From the NCBI GenBank assembly GCA_051294375.1, contig CM119263.1, positions 20,240,115 to 20,304,114 of the forward strand: DNA of 64,000 bases, in the 5' to 3' direction. Source of the stretch: Paraspadella gotoi. Its lineage: Eukaryota > Animalia > Chaetognatha. Shown piece by piece: positions 12,159 to 23,200 of this stretch; position 1 is the first letter of the stretch, and each line of letters starts with the position of its first letter. The translations under genes and the position numbers were made by a program. A model generated the notes under the pieces. That model worked only from the letters and a program-made list of their open reading frames with translations, was not told the origin of the DNA and did no database searches.

Positions 12159-13848
12159 AGGGGTAGCCGCACTCAATGGGGTGAGTCAAAAAATTTAGAG
12201 CGAGTACATGCTCAAACGAAAATTTATACATTTTTAAGCATACTTTCAATGGACAAAATTTTTTTTATATGGCTCTATACCCTAGTAATTAATTTTTTAA
12301 TATTTATTTATAAATAGGAAAGGCCAACAATTTTTTTAAAAAAATTAAATTTTAAGACCAGATTCAGATAGCTCATAGAAAGTTGTCTATACAAGTATAA
12401 TTCTTTTTATCGTCGCAATCGCTAAGCGTTTGCGACGATATTGTAACGCTTTTGCGCATAACTGGCGTCGTCGTCGTCGTCATCGGCATCGGCGTTCCAA
12501 ATTATAGATCGCCCTTTTTATGATTAAATTTGGGTGTATGAAGCTGAAAATTTATTTACAGCTTCTCATCACCGATGTGCTTAAAATTGAGTCTGGACAG
12601 TTATTAAATATGTTTTGTTTACGTTTTATCAAAACAAACAAATTTAATTTCTTTTATTTTCATATTTCTCTCTCTCTCTCTTTTCTCTTTTAATTACATG
12701 TCTCTCTCCCTCTCTCTTTTCCCTATTCACTGATTCATAATCATATTCATAGAAAAAAAACGAGTCTGCAGCTGGCTCTGCAGGGGCTTATTCTTTTTCT
12801 CTATTTTCACCTGCTGCTTTTGCTGCTGCCTTTTGAGTCTGCAGCTGGCTCTGCAGGGGCTCTCTCTTTTTCTCTCTTTTCTCCTGCTGCTTCTGCTGCT
12901 GCCTTTTGATTTCTTTCTTTTCTCTCTCTATCTCTCTCTCTCTCTCTGTGTTTTTATTAAAAAAAAAAATTGAATTAGGATTGAACTCGTAAAATCAGGC
13001 GACGCATTTGTGCATGTTATCATTTTGCTATCGCAACATCGGGTTTTTATTTTACTTTAGTCTTGACTTCAATTCGTCAGTCTCATTCAAGTTTCATTTT
13101 TTTTTTTCTCAGGGGCTGCCTCTGCTGATCAGTTTATTTGACAATAAAATTTTTTTTGTTTTTTTTTCAGTAACTGTAAACTGTAAACTGTACTTTTTTA
13201 TTTTTTTTAATTGACAATCGCAAAATATAATTTTTCTTTGTTTATAAATTAATTTTCTTTTTTTCCCCTTTCTATTCTTTCTTTCCTTTCTATTCTTTCT
13301 TTCCTTTCTATTCTTTTTTTTCTATTCTTTCTTTCCTTTCTTTCCTTCCTATTTTTTCTTTATATTTATTCTTTTCTTCTTTTTCTTTCTGTTTATAAAT
13401 TAATTTTCTTTTCTCAAATTTTATTTTTTTTAGTATCAAAATTTGTCGTCAATCCAGATTTTTCTTATGCCATTGCGACGATCCTTATGCTTTTAAGATT
13501 TTTTATATATTTTTATGATAAGTCAAAAATAAGAAAAACTGTAAAAATCATCATCATCTTTTGATGATTTTATCGGTTTTTTAAATTTTTACTGAGAAAA
13601 CAAGAATTTTTAAAAGCTGTAATTATATTTCTTGTTTAACTTTTTATGCTCTATCAGAATCCATAAAAAAATTTTAAGATTTCCAAAAAAATGTTTTTCT
13701 TTATAGAGTAATATAATAATTTTAATTAGGATAGTACCCTCAGAAAAAAGCATTTTTGACAAAAAATATTTTAATACTATATTCTATGCTCATTATAGAT
13801 TATTTTAACGCTGTATACATTAGCATTTAAATTTCATCGGCTATGGCT
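12159..13848 (+). mobile_element. MITE with 9-bp TSD (Mutator/Merlin-like), copy 1, containing a nested insertion
   Basis: Termini AGGGGTAGCCG...CGGCTATGGCT; flanks TCGCCAAAG/TTGGCAAAG (degenerate TSD). Same family as 15136-15733 and 41866-42398. Confidence 0.75.
12409..13500 (+). mobile_element. Non-autonomous Helentron/DINE-like element, family B (subTIR ATCGTCGCAAT), nested in the MITE
   Basis: The 5' end is ATCGTCGCAA...TTGCGACGAT followed by (GTC)n. The 3' end is ATTGCGACGAT-CCTTATGCTTTTAAG-ATTTT. It sits in a T run that is empty in MITE copy 2. A partial inverted copy lies at ~17453-17765. Confidence 0.65.
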
Positions 13849-14489
13849 TTGGCAAAGTATAATCATTCTCTATTTTTTTAGTCAGCCCCCACAGCAAACG
13901 AGTTATGTCACATTTGCTCGTTACGATGGTTAATGCTTGATCATCGCGCTGGAAAGAGAAAAAGGGGAAAACGGTTCTGCCCAGCAGAGAAGAAAACGAT
14001 GGCTCAATTAGGCGATCCATTTCAATGGCATCGCACGAAAAAAATTGTTTTGTTTAATTTGTCTCTCCATTAAGAAAAGTTTGGAGAAACATACAAAAGG
14101 CTTCATTCCAGTGAATTTTCAACCAAAAAGATTTTTTCCCGGAACTTAATTAAAACTCGGACGTTGAATCTTGGAGAGTCGACTTTCTTTCGCCTTCTTC
14201 TGTTCCGCAAGTCGTTTTTTCTCATAACGTTGTTGTTGACGCATCACCATGGCTTCACCGGTTAAACAGGATTCGGTCTGTTTCTGGATGACGGAACGAT
14301 GCGTGAAAAAGGATGAGAAAGAAAAATGTTGCTTAATGTTTATGAGTTGTAATTCTTCATCTTATAATTATTGAATGCTTTAAGTTTTTCATGGCATTTA
14401 CATGTGACTATTTGCAACCCACCGCTTTAAAAAATTCATAACACGAAAACTTGTAAAGATTTTAACATTCTTTAAAAATATTTATAAAG

Positions 14490-14582
14490 ACAAGACAGAC
14501 CGAAGGACAGGTATACCGACCGACAGACCGACCTAAAAGTGACTTATAGAACTGCTCCGCGAGTACTCGAGGCGCAACTAAT
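14490..14582 (-). mobile_element. Helentron/DINE-like element 5' end, family C (second copy ~59660-59752)
   Basis: Minus strand reads AGTTGCGCC-palindrome(CGAGTACTCG)-GGAGCA..CTATAAGTCACTTT followed by a GTCG/GTCT microsatellite. The same sequence occurs at 59.7 kb. Confidence 0.55.
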
Positions 14583-15135
14583 AAAATGAAATTCGTTAAC
14601 TGGAATTCATAGATCTTTTTAGTTATCATACTGTACTTGGTGCTAATATGGGCATCGCAAGAAATCCCGTTAAAAATTGATTTAGGAATATCGAATATAA
14701 TTCTTAAAAGTAATATACCTCGCTATTCACTATATTTAAATTAAGGTAGTCATAATTCTATACCTTATAACTTTGACTGGGCCTCAAAAGGATATTTTTT
14801 TATGCTACAGAATCGGAAAAAATATCATAGTATATAGTTTTTTAAGGATTTCAAGCAATATTAATATTAGACTGTATAAATCGTCCAGAAAATAAGACTA
14901 TTTTTTATTCAAAAACATTAAGCTATCGAGTAGGGGGATAATTTTCTAAGCTATAATATTACCTCTTCCTGTTAAAGTAGAAGTAAACCGAAAGAAATGA
15001 TATCTATTCATAAAAAATGAGTAGGTCTTGTCTTTAAATATCTCTTTTAAAAATGTTCAAATCTCTTCACATTTTCGTTATTTCTAGTGGCGGGTTTCAA
15101 ATGATCACTATTCGATTGATAAGTGCACTTTGGGT

Positions 15136-15733
15136 AGGGGCAGCCGGACTCAATGGGGTGAGTCAAAAATTTAGAGTGAGTACAAGCCCAAACGAGAATT
15201 TATACATTTTTAAGTATACTTTCAATGGACAAAAAAAATTTTATATGGCTTTATACACTAGTAAGTATTTTTTTAATATTTATTTATAGATAGGAAAGGC
15301 CAAAATATTTTTTGAGAAATTTTAAATTTTAAGACCAGATTCAAATAGCTCGTAAAAAGTTGTCTACACAAAGTATAATTCTTTTTTAAATAAGATAAGT
15401 TGGTCAAAAATAAGAAAAACCATAAAAAATTGTCATCGTCATCATCTTTTGATGATTTTATCAGTTGTTTAAAATTTTTACTAAGAAAACATAAGAATTT
15501 TTAAAAGCTGTAATTATATTTCTTGTTTAACTTTTTATACTCTATCAGAATCCATTAAAAAATTTTAAGATTTCAAAATTTTTTTTTCTTTATATAGTAA
15601 TATAAGAATTTTAAGTCGGCGAGTAACCTCAGAAAATATAATGATTGACAAAAAATATTTTAATACTATAATCTATGCTCATGATTATTTTAACGTTGTA
15701 TATATTAGCATTTAAATTTCATCGGCTATGGCT
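15136..15733 (+). mobile_element. MITE with a perfect 9-bp TSD (ACTTTGGGT), copy 2
   Basis: ACTTTGGGT at 15127-15135 and at 15734-15742 flank AGGGGCAGCCG...CGGCTATGGCT. Confidence 0.85.
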
Positions 15734-15904
15734 ACTTTGGGTACAATCCAGATAAAAAGTACTTAATCGAAACATTCGCAATCGCATATAAACTGTTTCA
15801 ATTTGGACCTTAACCCCACTCAATGATCCAATTGGCCTAAATTTTCGGAAAAGCTTCTCTTTTTTGGTAAAAATAATTTTTTCTTGGATGCTGATTATTA
15901 AAGC

Positions 15905-18340
15905 GTAGTGAAAGTTTCTGATCAAAATTCGAATAGTTGATCATGAACAGTCTTGTACTAAAGAACATTGATATATAAAACAAATGTTTTTTTCTTTTTC
16001 AAATTTCGCATTGGCTCATAGAAAAAGTTAAAATTTAAAAAAAATGTTTTTAATTTTGAAAGCAGATTCGAATTTTTCTTAAAAAGTTGATAAAAAAAAT
16101 ATAAGTCTTAATCAAAAATCTTTTCATTATGTTAGATTATTATATTAAATTTTAAAAATTAGATTTTTTATATTAAGATTTAATTATAGGTTAATATTTT
16201 TCTTTACAGAAATTTTTTAGTCGGATCTGCTTATCAGCAGATCCCGACTCTATAATTCACTTTGTCGGTCCGTCGGTCCGCCCGTCCGCCCCCTCAATAT
16301 TGTCGGGCATTAACTTATATCATGTCAGAACATCAAATTATGATAAATTATGCAAAAAAAATGATGTCCATCCGTCCGTCCGTCCGTCCGTCCCACCTTA
16401 GCAAAAAACACCGATTACTCGTGATTGGATGGATGGATTTGAACAAAATTTTGTGTGTGGGTAGGGAAGTGTGTGATTGAGCTGGATATGAAGTTTCGAT
16501 GGAATCGTCCGAGTGGAAATGAGTTTAAATGGAAAAAACAAAAAAATATATTTCACTATTTGAACACCAATTGCTCATGAGTGAATGCGGCGATTGACCT
16601 GGAATTTTGTATGTGGGTAGGAAAGTGTTTGATTGAACAGGACATCAAGTTTCGATGGAATCGTTTGAGTGGAAATGAGTTTAAATGGAAAAAAACAAAA
16701 AACCTGTTTCACAAATTGATTATGCTTCTTTTTCTTTTTATATTAAATGTATATGCAGGATGTATTAATAAATTAAATAATTAATCAGTTAATCAATTAG
16801 TCAATTAATTATTCAATAATTAATTAATCAGTCAAGCAATCCGTCCATCTGTCCTACCTTAGCCAAAAGCTCCAATAACTCGTGATTACCTGGTTGGATT
16901 GGAATGAAATTTTGTGTGTGGGTAGGAAAGTGTGCGATAAAGCTGGATATAAAGTTTCGATGGAATCGTGTGAGTGGAAATAAGTTTAAATGGAAAAAAA
17001 ATAAGTCGCAATTACTAAAATCTTTTTACTTATTTTAACCAATAAATACTCTAATTAATCATAATTGGATGGATAGATTGAGTACAAATTTTGTGTGTGA
17101 GTAGGAAAGTATGTGATGAAGCTTGATATAAAGTTTCGTTACGAGTGGAAATGAGTTTAAATAAAAAAAATATGAGTCACATTTACTTGAATCTTTTTAC
17201 TTATTTTAACTCATAATAGATCGAGATGAAATTTTGTGAGCGGGTAGGAAAGTGTGTGAAGAAGCTAGATATAAAGTTTTGAAGGAATTGTGCCAGTGGA
17301 AATGAGTTTAAATGGAAAAAACATAAGTCACATTTACTTGAAATTATTTATGATTACTAATAAATGTTTTAATTAATTAATTAATTAATTAATGTGAAAA
17401 AATGATGCAATTTAAAAAAATTATGCAAGTTGAAAAAATGATGCAAGGTGAAAAAATCTTAAAAGCATAAGGATCGTCGCAATTGCAGAGAGAGAGAGAG
17501 AGAGTGAGATAAAAACAAAATAAAAATATGATGTTGCGATAGCAAAATGATAACATGCTCAAATGCGATGCTTAATTTTATGAGTTCAATCCTAATTCAA
17601 TTTTTTTTTTTAATAAAAACGCAGAGAGAGAGAGAGAGAGAGAGCGGCAGCAGCAGAGGCAGCCAGAAAAAAATAAAGAAATCAAAAGGCAACAGTAGAA
17701 GCAGCAGGAGAAAAGAGAGAAAAAGAAAAAGCCCCTGCAGAGCCAGCTGCAGACTCGTTTTTTTCCCGGTGAATCAGCACTAAAAATGATCATAAAAATG
17801 GCGCAAGTTAAAAAAATGATGCAAGTTGAAAAAATGATGCAAGTTGAAAAAATGATGCGAGTTGAAAAAATGATGCGAGTTGAAAAAATGATGCGAGTGG
17901 AAAAAATGAATGAGTTAAAAAAATTTTTTAAAAAATTGTAATTTATCATCTGATTAGCTGATTACCTACTATTTTCGTCTTCTACAACCGCTTAATTATT
18001 GTAGGCAGATCCGACATTGTTTGCTCAAACTTGTTTTTATTGCTTTAAGAGTTTTTTAAGTTTTTGACCTACTTAATAAAACAATTTTTTAAAAAAAAAT
18101 TTTTTTAAAAATTGTATTTTCTTTTATTAACTTTTTTTATTAATTCGAATCTGTTTTCAAAAATAAAAAAAAATATTTTAATTTTTTTCTAATTTTTATA
18201 TCAAATATGTATAAAAATGGGTTATGCGAAAATTGACATATAAAAAATATTTTTTTTTATATTTAAAAATGTTTACAGGCAAAAGTCTGTTCATGATCTA
18301 CTATTCAAATTTTGATTCTATTTGATTTTAATATTTTTGC
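15905..18340. mobile_element. AT-rich foldback element with a nested insertion
   Basis: ATCAAAATTCGAATAGTTGATCATGAACAG (~15921-15950) is inverted at ~18287-18316, and the arms continue inward. Related foldbacks lie at ~18887-19267 and ~24885-25259 (TIR CGCAGTAGGC). Confidence 0.6.
16220..18033 (+). mobile_element. Near-complete DINE-1/HINE-like Helentron element, family D
   Basis: 5' subTIR GTCGGATCTGC with an adjacent inverted copy, a (GTCC)n microsatellite, central tandem repeats (~120-180-bp units containing TGGGTAGGAAAGTG, then 18-bp GAAAAAATGATGCAAGTT), a 3' subTIR GCAGATCCGAC plus a short stem-loop, and flanking T runs. Fragments occur at ~22693-22724, ~22935-23330 (minus) and ~23340-23756. 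Confidence 0.75.
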
Positions 18341-19563
18341 CACGTTTTACTGATTATCATAAATGCCCTCTGAGGTTGTTAAAAAAAATTGAAATGTTTA
18401 AAATTGATTTGAAAAAATATAGAGAAAAAATTTATTAACCAACAAATTGGGTTTTTAAACAAATTATTTATGGTTGTTGAACGATTTTTGATTTGTAATT
18501 TTGATATTAAAAAGAAATTGACCCAACTTAATACTTTTTCTTTATTGATATTATAAAAATTAGGTCTGTATTTGCTAAATACAAAATCATTAATTTAAAC
18601 TTTTTAAAAGAGTGCTAAGCCACTCAAGATCCAAAAATCGAGTAATATCTAAAGAATATTCTAAAGAACTTTTTTGTATTTTTTGGGGGTGAAAAAAATT
18701 TTTAAATTTTTAAAAAAGGCGGACGAATGCGGATGAGATTTAATTGATAACTGATTAGTGTGAATGATAGATGTGAAATGAAAAAAATTTAGAAAATTAA
18801 AATTTAGCATATAAAATATGAACATAAAAACTAATAAAAATATTTTTGTAAATTTCTTTTTTAATTTTATACATTAGTGGGCACCAGTGAGCTATATTTA
18901 TATATAGTACTAAGTATATAAAAGGCTAAAATTTCAAAATAAAAAAATTTAAATTTTTAAATAGGATTTGGATTTTTTGCAAAAAGTTAATAAAAGAAAG
19001 TATAATTCTTTTTTATAAATTCTTTCATTAAGTTTGTCAAAAATGTAAAAAACTATATTTAAAACGCTGATTTTCAATTTCCAGCTTAAAATATAGGTTT
19101 TTATAATTTTAACAAACTTAATGACATAATTTTTGAAAAAGATTTATATTTTTTTTTTTATCGACTTTTTATGGGGAATCTGAATCTGCTCCCAGAATTT
19201 AAAAAAAAATCATTTTAAAATTTTGATATTATATAAGGGTAGTACTATATACAAAATAAGCTGACTGGGCTACTATATTTGTAAAAAGAAAAAATAACTA
19301 CAGATTAGTATTCACTAATATGATAGTTTTCAAGATATAACTGCTAAATTTTTATTCCAAACTTTCACTTCACCCTACTGACTAGCCATAAAATTTATCA
19401 TTAGGAACTAAATTTGGTTGATTGAAATCGGTTAAAATTCGACGAGTTTTTATTATGTTTTTCATATTATATATAGTGACATAATACCAATTTCATAAAA
19501 TTCAGCTCCTTGTATTTTGATGCTAGTGCGGAGTACAATAAGTATTCCCCGATCTAATACTTA

Positions 19564-19823
19564 AGGGAGTGGTCTTTTCATACAATTGAAACATTCTTTG
19601 AAATATTTTCCACTTCATTGATAGGGAAGCCAGGTACTCTGGGAGTGAATAAACGAGACTGTGAAAGAGTCTTGATTGAAAGCTTGCAGGGACCTGCTAT
19701 GTCATTATCTTGTAAGAGTGATGGAGGCCTTAAACCACCAAAGCCTGTCCAAAGTCAGGGGCAAGATAGCTTATTTATTAAATGAATGGATAATTTTTAT
19801 ATTGGTTGTACCAATTTCATAAA
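19564..19823 (+). repeat. Unclassified 260-bp dispersed repeat (copy 2)
   Basis: Near-identical to 7366-7625. Confidence 0.9.
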
Positions 19824-20247
19824 AGTGTTTTTATTTGTTAATAAACTAGACAAAGAGCTGTTAACATAAGTTAAATAATTTTTCTCTTCTATCCATTTGG
19901 GTGAAACAAGCCTCTCAAAGACTTACCCCAAATGAAAAAGAACAATTTTTGGAAATTGTTATTTTACCAGAAACATTGTATCATTACTATGGAAAGACGG
20001 TTTTAGTTTTCTTTTGGATCACTGTGTGTTTATTCTCCCCCGTAAATATTGACGTTAAAAGGTGTCACTGATTCTCTCTCTCTGTTGATACCTATTTGAA
20101 CGTATTTTTCTTTTCTCTCTCTCAATCTCTCGCAGCATACCAGTTTTACCTCTTTGAACTATTGGATTAAAAATTTTCCCCCTCCCAAAAGTTCTCGAGA
20201 TTCGAAAAACTACTATTCAAGAAAAGCCGTCAAGAAAAAAAGAAAAT

Positions 20248-23200
20248 ATGAACCAAGAGAAAGAAAATAACGAGAACGAAGTCGCTACGGTTGAAGTGGA
20301 TGACCCTTGTGACTTAACCTTTAATGTGATTCATGGTTTCAAATACCCAGGATTCATTCCGCCTGTGGCCGTTTTCGACAAATTACGCAAAGAGGTAAGG
20401 TAGTAATAGTAAATGTAACATATACAATTTATACATATTTCTGTGGATAAGGCGCTACGTGGGCTGAAGATGACTGTCCGTAACTTTTATAACCCCCTCT
20501 AGCAGCCATGGAACGGGTCCCTGGGCTTGGAACCAGGCTTGAGGGGTTGCCACGCCCCCAAGGCGGCTTACGGCCGTCCTCACGCTTCCCGCAAGGTAGG
20601 TACCGGGTTGGGATTGAACCCGGTACCTAGTGGTCATGAGCTGATGGCTTTACTCAATGAGCCACCGGGTCACAACTGAAAGGCGGGGTGAACCTAGGCA
20701 ATGCCCGACTACATATCTCTTAAACCGTTTGAAGGATAATTTTTATAAAAGATTTAAAAATATCTTGTCATTTAAATATAATTATAAGTTTTGAATCCGA
20801 ACCCTGTACATAAATCTTTTCATTATATTGTTTAAAAATAAGTATTTTTAAGTGGTTTTTCAAAAACCGCCAAACCGCGGTCGGCGAAAGTAAAACCAGT
20901 GGCTGCGCCAATACATGTAAATCGCTTTCAAGGGCTTAAGCTGAACTGTTACTGTGGCACTAATAATTTTTTTTAATTTTATCATTTTGGATTAAAAACT
21001 TGTTAAGGAGGATTAAAGAAAAAAAAGTAGTAATGAATCTTAAATAGAATATGCTTGAATAGCATAGTCAATGTCAGTTCTATCGAAAGTTACAGTGAAA
21101 AAAATAAACACAACCTTTCCCTTACCTTACCATTAAACTTTCTATTAACCCCTCAGCCACAGTTTTTTAATGGGGAGAGGTTAGCCTTGATCCACGAGAT
21201 AAACTTCATCCTTTATCCTCAACTTTTTCTGAAAGACATAACCGGCGCTGGCGCGGCGACCCAGCCAGTATTATCAGCATAATCAACGGTCTCCCGGTCA
21301 CCGACAGAATTTTTTGAATGTTCTTTTGTCTTACAATTACAAAAAGCCTCTTGTTTTGTAAAGCCTACTATATTTATATCTACAAGCGCTTATAGAAATA
21401 TGTTATCATTTTCAAACCAGTGGTTATTTCATTGATTTTAAAAATTAGTTGAGTAGAAAATATTAAACTATTTATGTGTTAAAATTTTATATTGATCAGT
21501 TAAGATATGCTTTGACAATGAGTGGAGAAAGTTGGCTTGTCAAATCGGGTTTCATTTTCCAACTCACTGTTTTTAAGTTCAATTTTTTTTGGGAACTTTT
21601 ACCACTTTTTTTAAAAAAGTATTTATTAAAATATTAACAATATTAATATCTTCAGAAAGCCCTTAAAAATATCAAGAGATTGACATACTTACGAAAGCTT
21701 TAACATAAAAAGTAAGCTGCCCAGCCTTTGTTCAATTAAGAGTGTCAAAAATGAATTATTTAAAATTTTAAATCTTTTTTCAAAATATATGACCTGTTTA
21801 AATTATTATAACAAAAAATAATATTATTTATATAAGTATCATAAAAGAGCCTGAGAAAAAAAGATTTAAGATAGCTAATCACAATTTGATAAAAATTATA
21901 AATTTACTCTCCAGCTTTTGATTTTTAAAAAGATGTCTCGTTTTTGAATATCCTAATTAAATTAAAGCTGGGCCAGTTAAATTTTATACTACAGTATTCG
22001 TAAGTATATAAATCTCTTCATTTTTTTTAGGGTTTTCTGAAAATATTAATATTATTAATAATAAATACTTTGTTTAAAAAAGTGCTAAAAGTTCCAAAAA
22101 AAATTGAATTTAAAAACAGTAAGTTGGAAAATGAAACCCGATTTGACAAGCCTACTTTCTCCACTCATTATCAAGGCATATCTTAACTGATCAATATAAA
22201 ATTTTAACACAAATAGTTTTAGTATTTTCCACTCAACTAATTTTTAAAATCAATAAAATAATCACTGGTTTGAAAATGACAGCGTATTTCTACCAGCGTT
22301 TGTAAAATTGTCACCATATAGTAGAATAGGGTGAAAATACAAAAAAGATTTAATAGGACTGTTTTTTTGTTTCAGAAAAGATATATTAAAATTAAATTTT
22401 ATTGCTATTTTGTTTTAAAAACGTTTTTTTGTTTATAGAGCCATCTGGTTTATTAAGACTAAAACAAACAAAAATTTATTATTTTGTGTAAAGCGATGCA
22501 AGTGAAGATTTAGTGGGTGCAGACAGAAGAGCAAATTTCTATAGCAAGTAAAGGGAAAATGCTTATAGTAGAAAAAGTAAGAGACAAATCCTCTTAGTAG
22601 ATAGCAAAAGATACAAAGATAAAAAAATAAAAAAATCGCCGAATTTTCGTTATTCATCATCGGATGAGCGGATTACCACTTAATTATCGAAGGCAGATCC
22701 GACATTGTTTGCTCAAACTTGTTTAATTTTTTAATGACCTTGTACGCCGTTTCAGATTCGATTTAAAGATGGTGATGTGGTGATGGTCTCCTACCCCAAG
22801 ACCGGCTGTCACTGGGGATTCGGTTACCTCGGAATGCTTTTGACAGGGTCTCGTAAAATAATTCAAGTTCGTATAAGCTCTTGGAAAATATGATCTCATT
22901 TATTGGGAAATTATGTTTTATGTTTTATGTTTTCCAGTTTAATCACACACTTTTCTACCCAAATACAAAATTTCAAGTCAATCGCCCCATCCACTCATAA
23001 GTAATTGGTGTTCAAATAGTGAAATATATTTATTTGTTTTTTCCATTAAAACTCATTTCGATTCCATCGAAAATTCATATCCAGCACAATCACACACTTT
23101 CCTACCCACACACAAAATTTCATTCCAATCCATCCATCCAATCCTGAGTATTTGGTGTTTTTTGCTAAGGTGGGACGGACGGACAGCCAGACGGATGGAC

